A stretch of 64,000 nt of DNA from Octopus sinensis (GCF_006345805.1 NC_043012.1:21204001-21268000), one strand, 5' to 3'. Shown: positions 38,366 to 51,822, counted from the stretch's first letter. Program-made: numbers and translations. The notes: generated by a model from the sequence alone, not told the origin.

Positions 38366-38521
38366 AAAAATAAAAGCCGATTTAATAAGGTAAGCAACTG
38401 TTTTCTAGATTTCTTTTACTTTCCTTAAGAATTGTAGTGCTAGTAATTTGATATTCTACTTCCAGTTCCTCACGAAGAGAAAAAGATAGCTTCCTGGATT
38501 AGTGTCTGGTGCAATCATGAA

Positions 38522-38765
38522 CTTAGTTAGTTAGTTAGTTAATTTGGCTCAAAAGCAAATAGCAAGGCCATGTAGGTGGACATGGAGTTAAGTACAGGGT
38601 GGTGTTCATGTAAAGAGTTCAGGCCACTTGAGGTCCAGGGAGGCTTTGAACAAAGCGGTCGTCGGCATCTTCACCATCTCGTCTGGCAGCTTGTTCCACG
38701 GATCCGCAACCCGGACGGAGAAAGCTCCTCTCCTTCGATTGAACTGATACAAGATGTGGGCTGAA
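38522..38765 (-). mobile_element. CR1/L2-clade LINE 3' end with (TAAC)n tail
   Basis: RRRGAFSVRVADPWNKLPDEMVKMPTTALFKASLDLKWPELFT*. Confidence 0.85.
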
Positions 38766-39610
38766 GCTTTCTTTACAACAGACTATCAAAATCTTGATAA
38801 CACGGCAGACTATTGTATTGATATAATGAAACTAAATCATGTCAGTTTTGCAGCATCTCTCTCTTTTTTTCTGCATAAGTAAAGCTATGGAAGGATTTGA
38901 TCACAACACAAAGCAAACGTAACATCTACGGTTTATTAGTTGCTGACAACAATGAATCAGTGGTAAGGGCGTTGGGCTCACATGCGTAAAGTTTTGAGTT
39001 CGACTCTTGAACTGAGAGTAGCGTTGTACCCTTGTAAAAGGCACTACTGTTTTGAGTTACTCCAGTCCACTTAGCTGCCAAAGTGGACGAACCAAGATGT
39101 CAGGTTAACAACTGAAAGGTCGACAGCTTGTATCTCGTGCCTGAAGCTGTTCAGTGTCCTCTGCAAATCTAGTCAACTGCAAATACGTCTCAATGGATGT
39201 AGGTACATTTGTACGAATATTTCATTTACATATTTATGCCCGGAGAAAGCAACCGGAAAACCACAGTCGAAGCAGGATCGGCCACGATGACAGGGGATCA
39301 GTTAACTAGCGAAAAGTTTGGACGTTCATATCATGTACATTGTGTCTGTGCTGCGATACTTCTATGAACAAGGCATTTAACAGAATCAACAATGGAACTC
39401 CTATGTGGTTGCTCGATTTGTTAGAAAGAGCAACCAAACTTCCCTCATGGCAGACGCAACTTTCTTTAAGAAGGATCCATTAGAATATTTTGTCTGAAGT
39501 ACATTGTATGTGACGAAAACAAATCGATGCGGTGGTCAAGTTCGCACATAATACTAAACAGCACCAGTAACAGGCGTTTAGCTTTTAAATGGTCGAGCGG
39601 AGGTAGCTGT

Positions 39611-39920
39611 GGAAGCACTCCGTCGGTTACGACGATGAGGGTTCCGGTTGATCCGAATCAACGGAACAGCCTGCTCGTGAAATTAACGTGTAAGTGGCTG
39701 AGCACTCCACAGACACGTGTACCCTTAACGTAGTTCTCGGGGATATTCAGCGTGACACACAGAGTGACAAGGCCGGCCCTTTGAAATACAGGTACAACAG
39801 AAACAGGAAGTAAGGGTGAGAGAAAGTTGTGGTGAAAGAGTACAGCAGGGATCACCACCATCCCCTGTCGGAGCGTCGTGGAGCTTTAGGTGTTTTCGCT
39901 CAATAAACACTCACAACGCC
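39611..39920 (-). mobile_element. SINE C, 5'-truncated
   Basis: TSD CGGAGGTAGCTGT at 39598-39610 and 39921-39933. Confidence 0.92.
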
Positions 39921-39997
39921 CGGAGGTAGCTGTAAGGTAGCAGGAGCTGACATAATCGTTAGCCTCCAATTCGGTTCAGGTACAATGGATGGATGGG

Positions 39998-40120
<123 letters not shown>

Positions 40121-40160
40121 CACATGACAACGGAATTAGGTACGTTACTAAAACCAAAGC

Positions 40161-40543
40161 TGTGGCACTCCGTCGGTTACGACGACGAGGGTTCCAGTTG
40201 ATCCGATCAACGGAACAGCCTGCTCATGAAATCAACATGCAAGTGGCTGAGCACTCCACAGACACGTGTATCCTAAACGTAGTTCTCGGAGAGATTCGGT
40301 TTGACACAAGGCTGGCCCTTTGAAATACATGTACAACAGAAACAGGAAGAAAGTGTGAGAGAAAGTTGTGATGAAAGTGTACAGCAGGGTTCGCCACACA
40401 CCCCCCCCCCCGCTGCCGGAGCCTCGTGGAGCTTTAGGTGTTTCCGCCCAATAAACACTCATAACACCCGGTCTGGGAATCGATACCGCGATCTCACGAC
40501 CGGGAGTCCGCTGCCCTAACCACTGGGCCATTGCGGCTCCACG
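40161..40543 (-). mobile_element. SINE C variant, full length
   Basis: TSD ACTAAAACCAAAGC at 40147-40160 and 40544-40557. Confidence 0.9.
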
Positions 40544-40838
40544 ACTAAAACCAAAGCATACTGAAAATATTTCGTGAGTTTTCACTTACATATTTTCAGT
40601 TACGTTTCTTTTTTTAGTTACATATTTGCTTTCGATGACATATTTGTGCTTTTGTTCAACTTCAAATTAGCGTACAATTGTTGATTGCGATATTTGAGAA
40701 CTTCTGAGTACAAATTCCGTCGAGATGAATTTCGCATTTCATCCCTCCGATAATCGCTAAACTACCAGTCATGTACTAGTGTCCATTCTCTCTCTCTCCG
40801 TCTCTCTCTCTCTCTCTCTTTCACTATCTCTCCCCCCC

Positions 40839-40888
<50 letters not shown>

Positions 40889-41397
40889 GATATAAAAACA
40901 CGAAATTTATATTTAAGCAAACAAAACTTCACATGTAAGGAAAATAAAACTGTAGACCGATCAGTTTTGTTCGCGACTACTTAATCCCGCAAACCCAACT
41001 CCGTTGAATGCCTATCCTTTGCCTTATATCGTTCAACCGCACAAAATAAAGACGTATTTAAAGAAACGAGTAACAATTCAAACATTCCAAATGACACAAT
41101 TATGAACTTCTTTTTCAACTTACAGGCCTCTTACGTAGCTACTGGGTTCCTTTTTCTGCGCATGAACTGCTAATGCACTCCAAGTAACCTGAAAAGAGAA
41201 ACAAGTTTCATTAAAGACTCGAAAATATTTTAAGAGAATTATTTTAAGCATGGATATGTATGTCAAGAAACACACTTTGCGACAACGTGATTTCAAGTTC
41301 AATCCCACTGCGCAGCATCTTGGACAGATGTCTGCTACTATAGCACCTTGTTGACCAATGCTATGAGAAAGAATTTGGAAAACGGAAACTACGTGGA

Positions 41398-41399
<2 letters not shown>

Positions 41400-41460
<61 letters not shown>

Positions 41461-41561
41461 TGTGTACATATATAGATAGATAGACAGATAAATAGACGGA
41501 CGGACGGACGGACGGACGGACGGACGGACGGACGGACGGACGGACGGACAGACAGACAGAC

Positions 41562-41600
<39 letters not shown>

Positions 41601-41628
41601 TAGATAGACAGATAGATAGATAGATATG

Positions 41629-41715
<87 letters not shown>

Positions 41716-41718
41716 GAT

Positions 41719-41795
<77 letters not shown>

Positions 41796-41810
41796 GAATA
41801 GATGAATGGA
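41400..41810. repeat. Compound microsatellite TA-TG-GACG-GACA-GATA
   Basis: Direct reading. Confidence 0.97.
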
Positions 41811-42317
41811 TGAAAAGATTTTGAAAAGATTATTCATAACTGAGAGCTTGAAACAAAGCGGGAAAGAACAGAGGTTTCATTTTATGTTCAGAAACTTTTC
41901 AAATTTCTTGTCGCCACAGTGTTAACACCTGGTTATAAGCTTTGCTAAAGATTGTTTGACATAACTGAAAAGTACAGGCACGCCTTACAACAGTGGCATG
42001 ACAACGTGGCTCACACCTTCGTTTAATAAAACAGTAATGTAAGTTTATTGAAATAAATTGCTGTGTTTGTACGTTTGCTGTTGATTCTGTTTCACCACCA
42101 CCTAGTTTTGTTTTAAAGTGGTCTAAATTACAAGTTTCCATCGAAATCCTTGTGCGTTTATGTTCTAAACTCCAGCGATTTTAAGGAGCACTATTACAGG
42201 TACCTGAAAGGGGGAAAGGCAAGATCAACTTTAGCGGAATTTGAACTCAGAACGTAAAAAAACAAAATGCCGCTAAGCTTTTTGTTCGAGGAGAACCCAG
42301 GTTCGAAATTTCCCCGA

Positions 42318-42363
42318 GACACCTGATGAAGGCTGGAGGGTATATCAGCCGAAATGTTGTGCT
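42318..42363 (+). ncRNA. Minimal type I hammerhead motif (element H2)
   Basis: GACAC-CTGATGA-A-GGCTG-GAGGGTATAT-CAGCC-GAAAT-GTT-GTGCT: perfect 5-bp stem II, stem I CAC/GTG. Confidence 0.55.
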
Positions 42364-43058
42364 AACAACAAACAAGATGAGGACAAATATCTGTCAAATG
42401 TAAATAATGTAAATAGTGTAAATAAACATACTAATGTGTATATGCGAGCATTTACTCATAAAAATGTATTTACTTCATACAGAATTTATTGTTAAGTGAA
42501 GTAATTTTTTACACAATGCAACAAAAGTATAAAATTGGTGGTAAGTTTTTGAAAATATTATTCAAGAAATCGGAAAATCTATCCTCATATTTAAGGGATT
42601 TTTAAAGATGGAATTCGTGATTTCGTTATACAAGAATTTGATGAAAAACCCAAATAAGAAATAGTCTTCAACGCGCTTTTGAATTGTTTTTAATATCTAA
42701 ACACTACTTTTTCAAAACTTCTTACTTTGCGTCAGTCAACAATTCATGATTTATCCATATATGATAAGCTAAAAATATTTTCTGTGATTTCCAGAAAGCC
42801 ACAAAATGAAAATAAAAATATAAAGATTCAGAACAAACTATAATAGACACTTCCGTTTTTTCAGCAATTTCTCAGAAATAAGTGTATGACTGTTAAATGA
42901 AAACGCGCGAAAGCAACACGAAACAGGAGTAGCTAGGTTGGTAACACAATATCCAACAAACACTTCACACCTGGATAGATTTTCACTAAGGGTTTGGTCA
43001 CGAACAGCTGGGTCCTCATTTGTCTACACCGACATGTGATACATTTATTCGTTCATTC

Positions 43059-43102
<44 letters not shown>

Positions 43103-43197
43103 GGCATGAACGTATGTATATGTACACACATATATATTGTATATACATAAATATATATAAGGATATACTATATATATATATATATATATATACATAC

Positions 43198-43590
43198 AGG
43201 CGCAGGAGTGGCTGTGTGGTAAGTACCTTGTTTACCAACCACATGGTTCCGGGTTCAGTCCCTCTGCGTGGCACCTTGGGCAAGTGTCTCGGGCCGACCA
43301 AAGCCTTGTGAGTAGATTTGGTAGACGGAAACTGAAAGAAGCCCGTCGTATATATGTATATATATGCGTGTGTGTGTTTGTGTGTCTGTGTTTTGTCCCC
43401 CTAGCATTGCTTGACAACCGATGCTGGTGTGTTTATGTCCCCGTTACCTAGCGGTTCGGCAAAAGAGACCGATAGAATAAGTACTGGGCTTACAAAAGAA
43501 TAAGTCCCGGGGTCGATTTGCTCGATTAAATGCGGTGCTCCAGCATGGCCGCAGTCAAATGGCTGAAACAAGTAAAAGAGTAAAAGAGTA
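43198..43590 (+). mobile_element. SINE B, full length
   Basis: GGCGCAGGAGTGGCTGTGTGGTAAG head through GAAACAAGTAAAAGAGTAAAAGAG. Confidence 0.92.
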
Positions 43591-43780
43591 TTCATGTATA
43601 CATATAAACGCATTTGTGTTGGGGTAACTAAAAAGGCATTTACCCAGAGAGAATGCTCAATAGTTTATTACAAATTGGTCGGTGCCATTAGAAACTTCTA
43701 AATAAAATGCTCAAAGGAACAATCCATGAATACATACATACATGGCTGGTTGTTTGGGTATGTTCTGTCCGATATGTATT

Positions 43781-43836
<56 letters not shown>

Positions 43837-43848
43837 TGTGTGCATTTA

Positions 43849-43975
43849 TGAGGTCGACTTTGCTTTTCATCCTGTTGGGGTCGATAACACAAGTACCAGT
43901 TAATTACTGGAGTCTGTATAACCGACTTAACCACAATCCCGAAATTGCTGGCCTTGTGCCAAAATTTGAAATCCT
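43849..43975 (+). mobile_element. SINE A2 3' fragment
   Basis: GAGGTCGACTTTGC...GGCCTTGTGCCAAAATTTGAAA, running into (ATT)n. Confidence 0.8.
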
Positions 43976-44078
43976 CATCATGATCATTATTATTATTATC
44001 ATTATCATTATCATCATTATTATTATTATTATTATCATTATTATTATTATTATTATCATTATTGTTATTATTATTATT

Positions 44079-44632
44079 GAGTGAAAGAGCAGTGTATGCT
44101 ATCAAAGTGACACTGGGATAAAATATATGAAGCCCAGTATACCCATCATGACTACCTGTCTGATAAGGGTACACCAGGCACATGCATCACAACCACATGT
44201 GCGCGACATGGTGATCTCATATCAAGATAAACAACACATGACCTTGCAGGTGGGGCCCAGTTAGAATTTTCTTCAGGTCGAGTAGCCCATCCCGCTCAAA
44301 CGGTCCCTGAATAAGGGTTGCTTTAGGATGTTGAACGAAACACCTATGTTTCCAGAGGTGAACCATTCAAACTCCAAAGAATCCCTCTCAACACATGGCC
44401 ATGATGCTCCCCCACTACTTCTGCTCATGATCAGAGATGCCCATATCGTCAGCCACCAAGGGACATGCTCAACTGGTTAAGGTCAAACAACTGACAAGCA
44501 AATCTGTGGTATTGAGCAGAATATTTGCTGTAGCCCATCTTTTATACCAAAACAAAACAATGTACATGATAACACTTCCAGTCAGTTAAGATCAGAAGCC
44601 ATGAGAGCCACTGCCTGGTACTGCATCAGGGC
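44079..44632 (-). mobile_element. ~550 bp element within (AAT)n, copy 2
   Basis: Homologous to 5073-5620; (ATT)n at 43980-44078 and 44633-44948. Confidence 0.85.
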
Positions 44633-44637
44633 TATTA

Positions 44638-44692
<55 letters not shown>

Positions 44693-44826
44693 TATCATTA
44701 TTATTATTATTATTATCATTATTATTATTATTATCATTATTATTATCATTATTATTATATTATTATCATTATTATTATTATATATTATTATTATCATTAT
44801 TATTATCATCATCATCATTATTATTA

Positions 44827-44860
<34 letters not shown>

Positions 44861-44867
44861 CATTATT

Positions 44868-44902
<35 letters not shown>

Positions 44903-44909
44903 CATTATT

Positions 44910-44941
<32 letters not shown>

Positions 44942-44954
44942 ATTATTCATAATG

Positions 44955-45170
44955 TGGTGACCTGGCAGAATCGTTAGCACGCCGAACGCTATGCTTAGCA
45001 CCATTTCGTCTGTCTTCACCTTCTGAGTTCAAATTCCACCGAGGTTGACTTTGCTATTCACCCTTTCGCAGTCGATAAATTAAGTAGCAGTTACGCAAGG
45101 GCTTCGATGTAATCGACTAGTCCTCTCCCACCAAATTTCAGGCCTTGTGCCTAGAGTAGAAAGGATTATT
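44955..45170 (+). mobile_element. SINE A2, full length
   Basis: Tail GGCCTTGTGCCTAGAGTAGAAAGGATTATT. Confidence 0.88.
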
Positions 45171-45706
45171 ATTATCATCATTATTGTATTCGTATTTAAA
45201 TGCGTTTGCGATTCTTCTAATAATGATTGATCAGAATAACGTATCTTGCGTTTTCAGAGAAATGTGGAACAGTTCAACTAAGCTAGGATTCAATTTTGTT
45301 CACTTCCTTAATAGTGATCTGGCTATGAACCCTCAAAGATAACCTATTTTTGAAGCTAAAGCTTCGCTGTCCGTCGATGGACGTTAAAAATGACGGAGCG
45401 AAACATGGGTGATGTTTGTTCTGTGTATGGTTGAAGTGAGTAAAACTGGTTTAAAGGAGTTTCTTTCCTATTCTTGACATTCCTCAAATGTCACGAGTCA
45501 AGTCATGAAACAGTGAAAGTTTGTTTGCTTGTTAATGTAAAAACACATTCAAACTTTGTTGAACCTTGATGCTTAAACCGACATTTCAAACTTTTCACTT
45601 AATTACTTTCTTAACACTAGAGAACGCGAGCGAGTAAGTAAGCGAGTGAGTGAATGTGTGAGTGAGTGAATGAGTGAGCGAGTGAGTGGTGTGTGGATTC
45701 TTTTAA

Positions 45707-45953
45707 GGCGGCGAGCTGGCAGAAACGTTAGCACGCTGGGCGAAATGCGTGGCCGTATTTCGTCTGCCGTTACGTTCTGAGTTCAAATTCCGCCGAGGTC
45801 GACTTTGCCTTTCATCCTTTCGGGGGTCGATTAAATAAGTACCAGTTACGCACTGGGGTCGATGTAATCGACTTAATCCGTTTGTCTGTCATTGGTTGTC
45901 CTCTCTGTGTTTAGCCCCTTGTGGGTAGTAAAAAAATAATAATAATAAAAATA
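45707..45953 (+). mobile_element. SINE A1, full length
   Basis: TSD GGTGTGTGGATTCTT at 45688-45702 and 45954-45968. Confidence 0.93.
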
Positions 45954-46269
45954 GGTGTGTGGATTCTTGGCGTTGCCTAACAATGTCGCGACTCAACAAG
46001 TTATTCTTCTTCGTATTAAATATTCATATCATTGAAATTTCAAAATGCTAACCAATGGCACTTACGAAACTATTTTCGATGGATATGTTTCAAATCATTT
46101 ATTTTTAGCATTGACACGTTAGTTTTTTTTATCAAATAACAACATTTTTGTTTCCTATAAAGACGATAAAAGATTGATTTCTAAGTTTTGGCTCGAGGTT
46201 GCATTTTATTTTTCGAGATGGTGGTGCATTATCGATTAAGTCATTCGCAGTTAGTACGGTCAAGAAGCT

Positions 46270-46740
46270 CACTTCGAGGCATCTAAGGGTAGGTGTCGTC
46301 TACCATTATTCCAGGCCAACCAATGCGTTGTCAGAGACTTTGGTAGACAGAAAAATTGTGAAAGCCCATCGTATATATGTTTTTAAGTGTGTGTTGTGGG
46401 GTTGTGGGGTTGTGTGTGTATGTTTGTGAGTGTGTGTGTATGTGTAGATTTCTGTGTGCGTGTGTGTGTGTGTTTGTGTGTATGTTTGTGCGTGTTTATG
46501 TCTGTGTTTGTAAGTTTGTGCGTATGTTTGTGCGTGTGTGTATGCGTGCGTGTGTATGTGTGTTTGTGTGTGTGTGTCCTCCATCACCGCTTGACCACCG
46601 GTGTTGTTCTGTTTACGTCCTCTGGAGCTGGCGAATGTGACCGACAGAATAAGTACTAGACTTTACAAAATAGGTAAACCGTTGAAGGTGCTGCCCCAGC
46701 ATGGCCACAGTCAATTACCGAAAGAAGTAAAAAGATAAAA
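46270..46740 (+). mobile_element. SINE B, degenerate
   Basis: GGTAGACAGAAAAATTG; GCTTGACCACCGG; CCCAGCATGGCCACAGTC. Confidence 0.7.
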
Positions 46741-47058
46741 CATACAATCCATTCTTGTTTCATAAATTTAATATTTCTTTTTTTAAAAAATTCGTTTATT
46801 TACTGAACCGGTTACTTTTCACCTGGAGACAGAATTATAACATAACCGAAACGATTCTCTCTCTATCTTTCCCTCTCCCTTTCTCTTCTGCTGCAACTGT
46901 ACAAACACTAAGGAATTGCATGCAACTATCTCAAGTTTGTTTACTCTTCCTAATACTGACGAAAGAGAGTGCTTTACTTTATCTACATTGCTGCGAGTTT
47001 GTGGGAGAAATCACATACCTACATACATACATACATACATACATACATACATACATAC

Positions 47059-47374
47059 TGCTTCGAAACCTCCAGCTTCTATATTCAGACTACGTATTCA
47101 TACTCATACCAATAATTGGAGCACAAGGTTTTATTAGTAAATGCTTAAAGGATAATCTGGATAAACTGGGAATTTCAGAAAGAGAAATCGACCGGTTGAG
47201 TTGTACATTACAAGTGCAATCTGTGAGTGGAACAGTAAAAATATGCAAGACTTTTCTCAAGTTCCAAATGTGAATTTGTTTGTGTTAACTACACTCCAAA
47301 GATGGAGCCTTGTATCTTTGTTGGAAACCGGCTCCCACCTCGGTGGAAGATTTATAATAATTAAAGAATAAAAG
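47059..47374 (+). mobile_element. 5'-truncated Dong/R4-like element (ORF C-terminus and 3' UTR) within (TACA)n
   Basis: LRNLQLLYSDYVFILIPIIGAQGFISKCLKDNLDKLGIS aligns with LRNL*LLYPDYKFRFLAVIIGDLQYVTHCLNTSLEKLGLS of 19099-19843; (TACA)n on both sides. Confidence 0.85.
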
Positions 47375-47696
47375 ACATACATACATACATACATACATAC
47401 ATACATACATACATACATACATACATACATACATACATACACACATACATACATGCATACATACATACATACATACATTCATACATACATATATACATAC
47501 ATACATACATACACATGTATGTGTTCATGAGTGTGTGTGTGCGCGCGCGTTTGTGTATATGCATATGAAGTCTGACGTCACTGATCCATTTGTGTTGCCA
47601 TAGGATCTATCGAATCCTCGTGCGTTTGCAACTTCGTATCTTCAATTAGCCTTGTCAAGACTAATGTTAACTTCAAGTATTTTTAGTCAGTTAAAA

Positions 47697-47738
<42 letters not shown>

Positions 47739-47795
47739 GAGGAGGAGGAGGAGGAGGAGGAGTAATAGTAGGAGTAGTAGTAGGAGTAGGAGTAG

Positions 47796-47828
<33 letters not shown>

Positions 47829-47862
47829 CAGCAGCAACAGCAGAAGCAACAGCAGCAGCAGC

Positions 47863-47896
<34 letters not shown>

Positions 47897-48202
47897 ACTG
47901 AGATAAAGTAAATTGAAGAATATGTATTTCGGATTGGGTCACGTCTGCAAGTTCCCTTCCTAGAATATTGCAACGTTAAACGCTTTACCATCAATTTTGC
48001 TATCGGTGACTGGTTCGGGGTTGTATTACAAAGATAACAAGGATTATAACGAAAATCTTGCATTAAGTTTTAGACTGAATCTAGAAGAGGCTCGCTTTTC
48101 TTTCTTGTATCGTTTTCGTCAGAAGAGGGAAAAACACTGCAGCTGAGCCCTTATCGAAACCACCCTGACTGACAGAAGAAAGGGTGAGGCATCTTCTTCA
48201 AA

Positions 48203-48338
48203 CCGGAAGTCTAGTCCAAAAGCTTGCAACAAAATTAACTCCGATAAAGATATCCATGGTTCAGGGGCGGGGCTTAAACCGGACGTTACCACTCAAAAGC
48301 ATAAACCTTTTCAAGGGGTTTCTGTGTAGGTGACGTCA
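48203..48338. promoter_or_regulatory. Cluster of ETS, GC-box and CRE motifs
   Basis: CCGGAAGT 48203-48210, GGGGCGGGGC 48264-48273, TGACGTCA 48331-48338. Confidence 0.25.
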
Positions 48339-48342
48339 AAAA

Positions 48343-48585
48343 TCTATCTATCTATCCGCTCAGTCGAAGTCGACTCTCGGTTACTCGATGGATCAGTGTC
48401 CTCCAGTCAGTTCTATCTTGGGCCGCTTCTTTCAGATTGGCTATGTCCATTCCGGTATCACTCTTGATGGTGTCAAGCCAGCGGGTTCTTGGTCGGCCTC
48501 TTCCTCTCTTGCCATTGGCCATTCCGAGCATGATGTCCTTCTCCAGGGATTTTCTCCGCATAATAGGACCAAAATATGCCAATCT
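48343..48585 (-). mobile_element. RTE-BovB-like LINE 3' end with (TAGA)n tail
   Basis: LAYFGPIMRRKSLEKDIMLGMANGKRGRGRPRTRWLDTIK...DRTDWRTLIHRVTESRLRLSG*. Confidence 0.9.
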
Positions 48586-48977
48586 ATACATATAGTAGGT
48601 GCAAAATAGTTGGTGCAAAATACCCTAACTACACGTATCTGCTGCAAAAAGAGAAAAATGCTACACTATCGAGTAGATGTAGAAATAGAGGAAGTTGCTT
48701 TGATACGCAGAATCAAACACTAAGAAAGTAGATATTATTGAGAATTTAATATCATTAAAAACTTCCTGCTTGGATTGTGCTCTAAAAGTGATTATTATTA
48801 CTTCGGTCGTAAAAGTGATTTCACTTTCTGTTTCTACATCTCAATACGATGAAATAAAGTAATAAAAATTGTCTCTTAATGTTTCTACTGATGCTAATAA
48901 TCAATCACAAATCCGATATAATAATAGCCATACTTCGGAATATATCCGATATCGCGTAACAAACAAGAAAAACATCA

Positions 48978-49215
48978 GTAGAACTTAAAATTTCAGCCAA
49001 GTTCACGGATAATTATATTTAAATTTCGGTTTACCACTGAAGGCGTTGCTCCAGTATGGTTTTGGGCGTGATGACTAAAACAAACTAAAGAACTAAAGAA
49101 CTAGTGGAACTTAAATTTCAGTCAGGTTCACGGATAATTATATTTAAATTTCGGTTTACCACTGAAGGCGTTGCTCCAGTATGGTTTTGGGCGTGATGAA
49201 TAAAACAAACTAAAA
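48978..49215. repeat. Tandem duplication, ~126 bp unit
   Basis: GTTCACGGATAATTATATTTAAATTTCGGTTTACCACTGAAGGCGTTGCTCCAGTATGG occurs twice. Confidence 0.95.
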
Positions 49216-49940
49216 AAGGAAATAACTATGAACCACTGAAAGGAAGACCGTTAAAAACAACAGTCAATAGGAATATAACCTAACATTAACTATCGATCTC
49301 ACAGCTAACAATAATTGGACTGTTTTACTTTGACTGAAATATTATACTCAGCAGTAGTTGGAAACTAAAAGAAAGATCGATGAAAATATGTAGGACAGAG
49401 CTGCGAAATGGAAAACAACACGGCTAAGATATTCTGTGCATTATTAAACATAAGAATAAAGTCCGTGAGATCTTTACTACAATCTAACTGCGTCTTAATT
49501 ATAGATTATTGAAAGTCCTTGAGAATTGACAGCTGAGGATACTTGAAGGCTTAATAGTCGCCAGACAAAAAGGAAACCTATTTTTAAAAAATCAAAAGCT
49601 TTGTATTCGTAACTGCGAGTCCACAAGCTGAATACTGAAGAATTTAAGGCTACATTACCTAAATACCTCCTGGACCAAAATAATGAGAATAATTCTGGAG
49701 AGGTGTTTACAGGTAAGAAGATTATAACGGTGATGCATTGCGACTAAATAAAACACAGGTTGCACATTATAGAAACATTTCTCAAACGACTTATGATATC
49801 AGCAAGTTAAAAAGCTACAGTAAAAAGAAGAAAAAAAAACATTGGAGAAGGTCTATGGTTATAAGAAACAAATTATTCAATAGGAATGTTTTCAACAAAT
49901 TGTTCTCAAGAACGCAAGAAATGTGAATGACAAAAATACA

Positions 49941-50476
49941 TTAGTTTGCTATCAAAAGTACCTATTTCTTTACTCCCCAAAAGGGGCTAAACACAGAGGG
50001 GACAAACAAGGACAGACAAACGGATTAATTCGATTACATCGACCCCAGTGTCTAACTGGTACTTAATTTATCGACCCCAAGAAGGATGAAAGGCAAAGTC
50101 GACCTCGGCGGAATTTGAACTCAGAACGTAACGGCAGACGAAATACGGCTACGCATTTCGCCCGGCGTGCTAATGTTTCTGCCAGCTCGCCGCCCTTTAG
50201 TTTGCTATCAAAAAGTACCTATTTCTTTACTCCCCAAAAGGGGCTAAACACAGAGGGGACAAACAAGGACAGACAAACGGATTAATTCGATTACATCGAC
50301 CCCAGTGTCTAACTGGTACTTAATTTATCGACCCCAAGAAGGATGAAAGGCAAAGTCGACCTCGGCGGAATTTGAACTCAGAACGTAACGGCAGACGAAA
50401 TACGGCTACGCATTTCGCCCGGCGTGCTAATGTTTCTGCCAGCTCGCCGCCCTTTAGTTTGCTATCAAAAAGTACC
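49941..50476 (-). mobile_element. Two identical SINE A1 copies in a TSD-SINE-TSD-SINE-TSD arrangement
   Basis: TTAGTTTGCTATCAAAA(A)GTACC at 49941, 50197 and 50454. Confidence 0.95.
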
Positions 50477-51254
50477 GATAACATAAACAGCTAATAACCG
50501 AAAACAACCTGTCCAATGAAAGTTAACACAGATTAGATATATGAACAGTAGAACGTTAAGTAGAGGTCTTCAGACAATTCTTGGAGTAGGTGGGGAAAGA
50601 AGATAATATCGGTTTTCATGAAACTAGTCGTAAATTTTACTTTTTGGAAGCGAAAAGACCCTGTAAAAATTCATGAATTCTGTTTTCGTGAAAGACTTCT
50701 ATTATGCCTTACACACTAAGGCCACTCCACCTATCAGGATTGTAATGTTGTAGTCGATGTTATTGAAAAAGCAGCTGGAAACATCTACGATGTCACTTGA
50801 CATGCTAGAAGTCACACTCCACCCTTTAGAAAAGTAAACGTTGGATAATGTGTTTCTGACATCCTAAACATCAGAAAAATATGGAATGGTCACGACCACT
50901 CGATCGGGATTAACACTCGTTAGATAACAACTGGACTGTTACTAAAAATAAACTGAAGCATTCCCTAACATAATTTGGCAAATCAGAGAAGCATTGTAGC
51001 GTGACAGCAGCAATTCTGCATTGCTGTTTATCCAAAGTAATGTCAATAAGATTATTGGTGCCAACAAAATGTCAGTTATATATTTAATGGTAAAGTGGTC
51101 GCTTGCATGCCTGATGTAATGAGCCAAGAAATTTTAATTAAATTCGAATTACACCTTAGTGATGAGAATAATCATTGTCTTAGTGATTCATTCTTGTCAA
51201 TAATAAAAACACAATTAAGACATTTCGGAATTTTAATTAATAAAAATTTATTAG

Positions 51255-51420
51255 TCAAGCGCAGACATGGTTTTATGGTTAAGAAGCTCGCTTTGCAACT
51301 ACATGGCTCCGGGTTCGGCCTCACGGCGCCTTACCATGGGTGAATGTCTTCTACTATAGATATTGCCCTGGACCGACCAAAAACTTGTGAGCGAGTTTAA
51401 CAGAATGAAATTGCCGTGTA
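51255..51420 (+). mobile_element. SINE B 5' fragment
   Basis: GGTTAAGAAGCTCGC...GTCTTCTACTATAG. Confidence 0.65.
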
Positions 51421-51688
51421 CAAAAGAATTTTTTTCCACCAATGCGGTGTTGAGCACTCATTCTCATTGTTCGGCATTTACGTGTGTGAGTGAGTGTGTG
51501 TGTATGTATATATATATACATACATTTACAGATAAATTCCTCTATTTACATAATATCGAGGTCTCTTTCTTTCTTTTGTTGTCTTACCGATTTTAACAAT
51601 ATATATATATATAGATATATATACACACACACACATATATATGAATGTACATATATTCATATATATATATACATTCATATATATATAT

Positions 51689-51722
<34 letters not shown>

Positions 51723-51822
51723 CCTATATATATTCATATATATATATACTTATATATATATATATATATACATATATATACATATATATATTCATATATA
51801 TGTATATATACATATATATCCA

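Noticed and set aside
46755-47273. 172-aa ORF as a host gene
   Set aside because: Chance read-through across (TACA)n into an RLE retrotransposon C-terminus
47905-48035. Protein-like frame IEEYVFRIGSRLQVPFLEYCNVKRFTINFAIGDWFGVVLQR
   Set aside because: Bounded by stops, no start or good acceptor, family not recognised
49620-49712. Frame LNTEEFKATLPKYLLDQNNENNSGEVFT ending at CAG|GTAAGA
   Set aside because: No convincing acceptor and no recognisable homology
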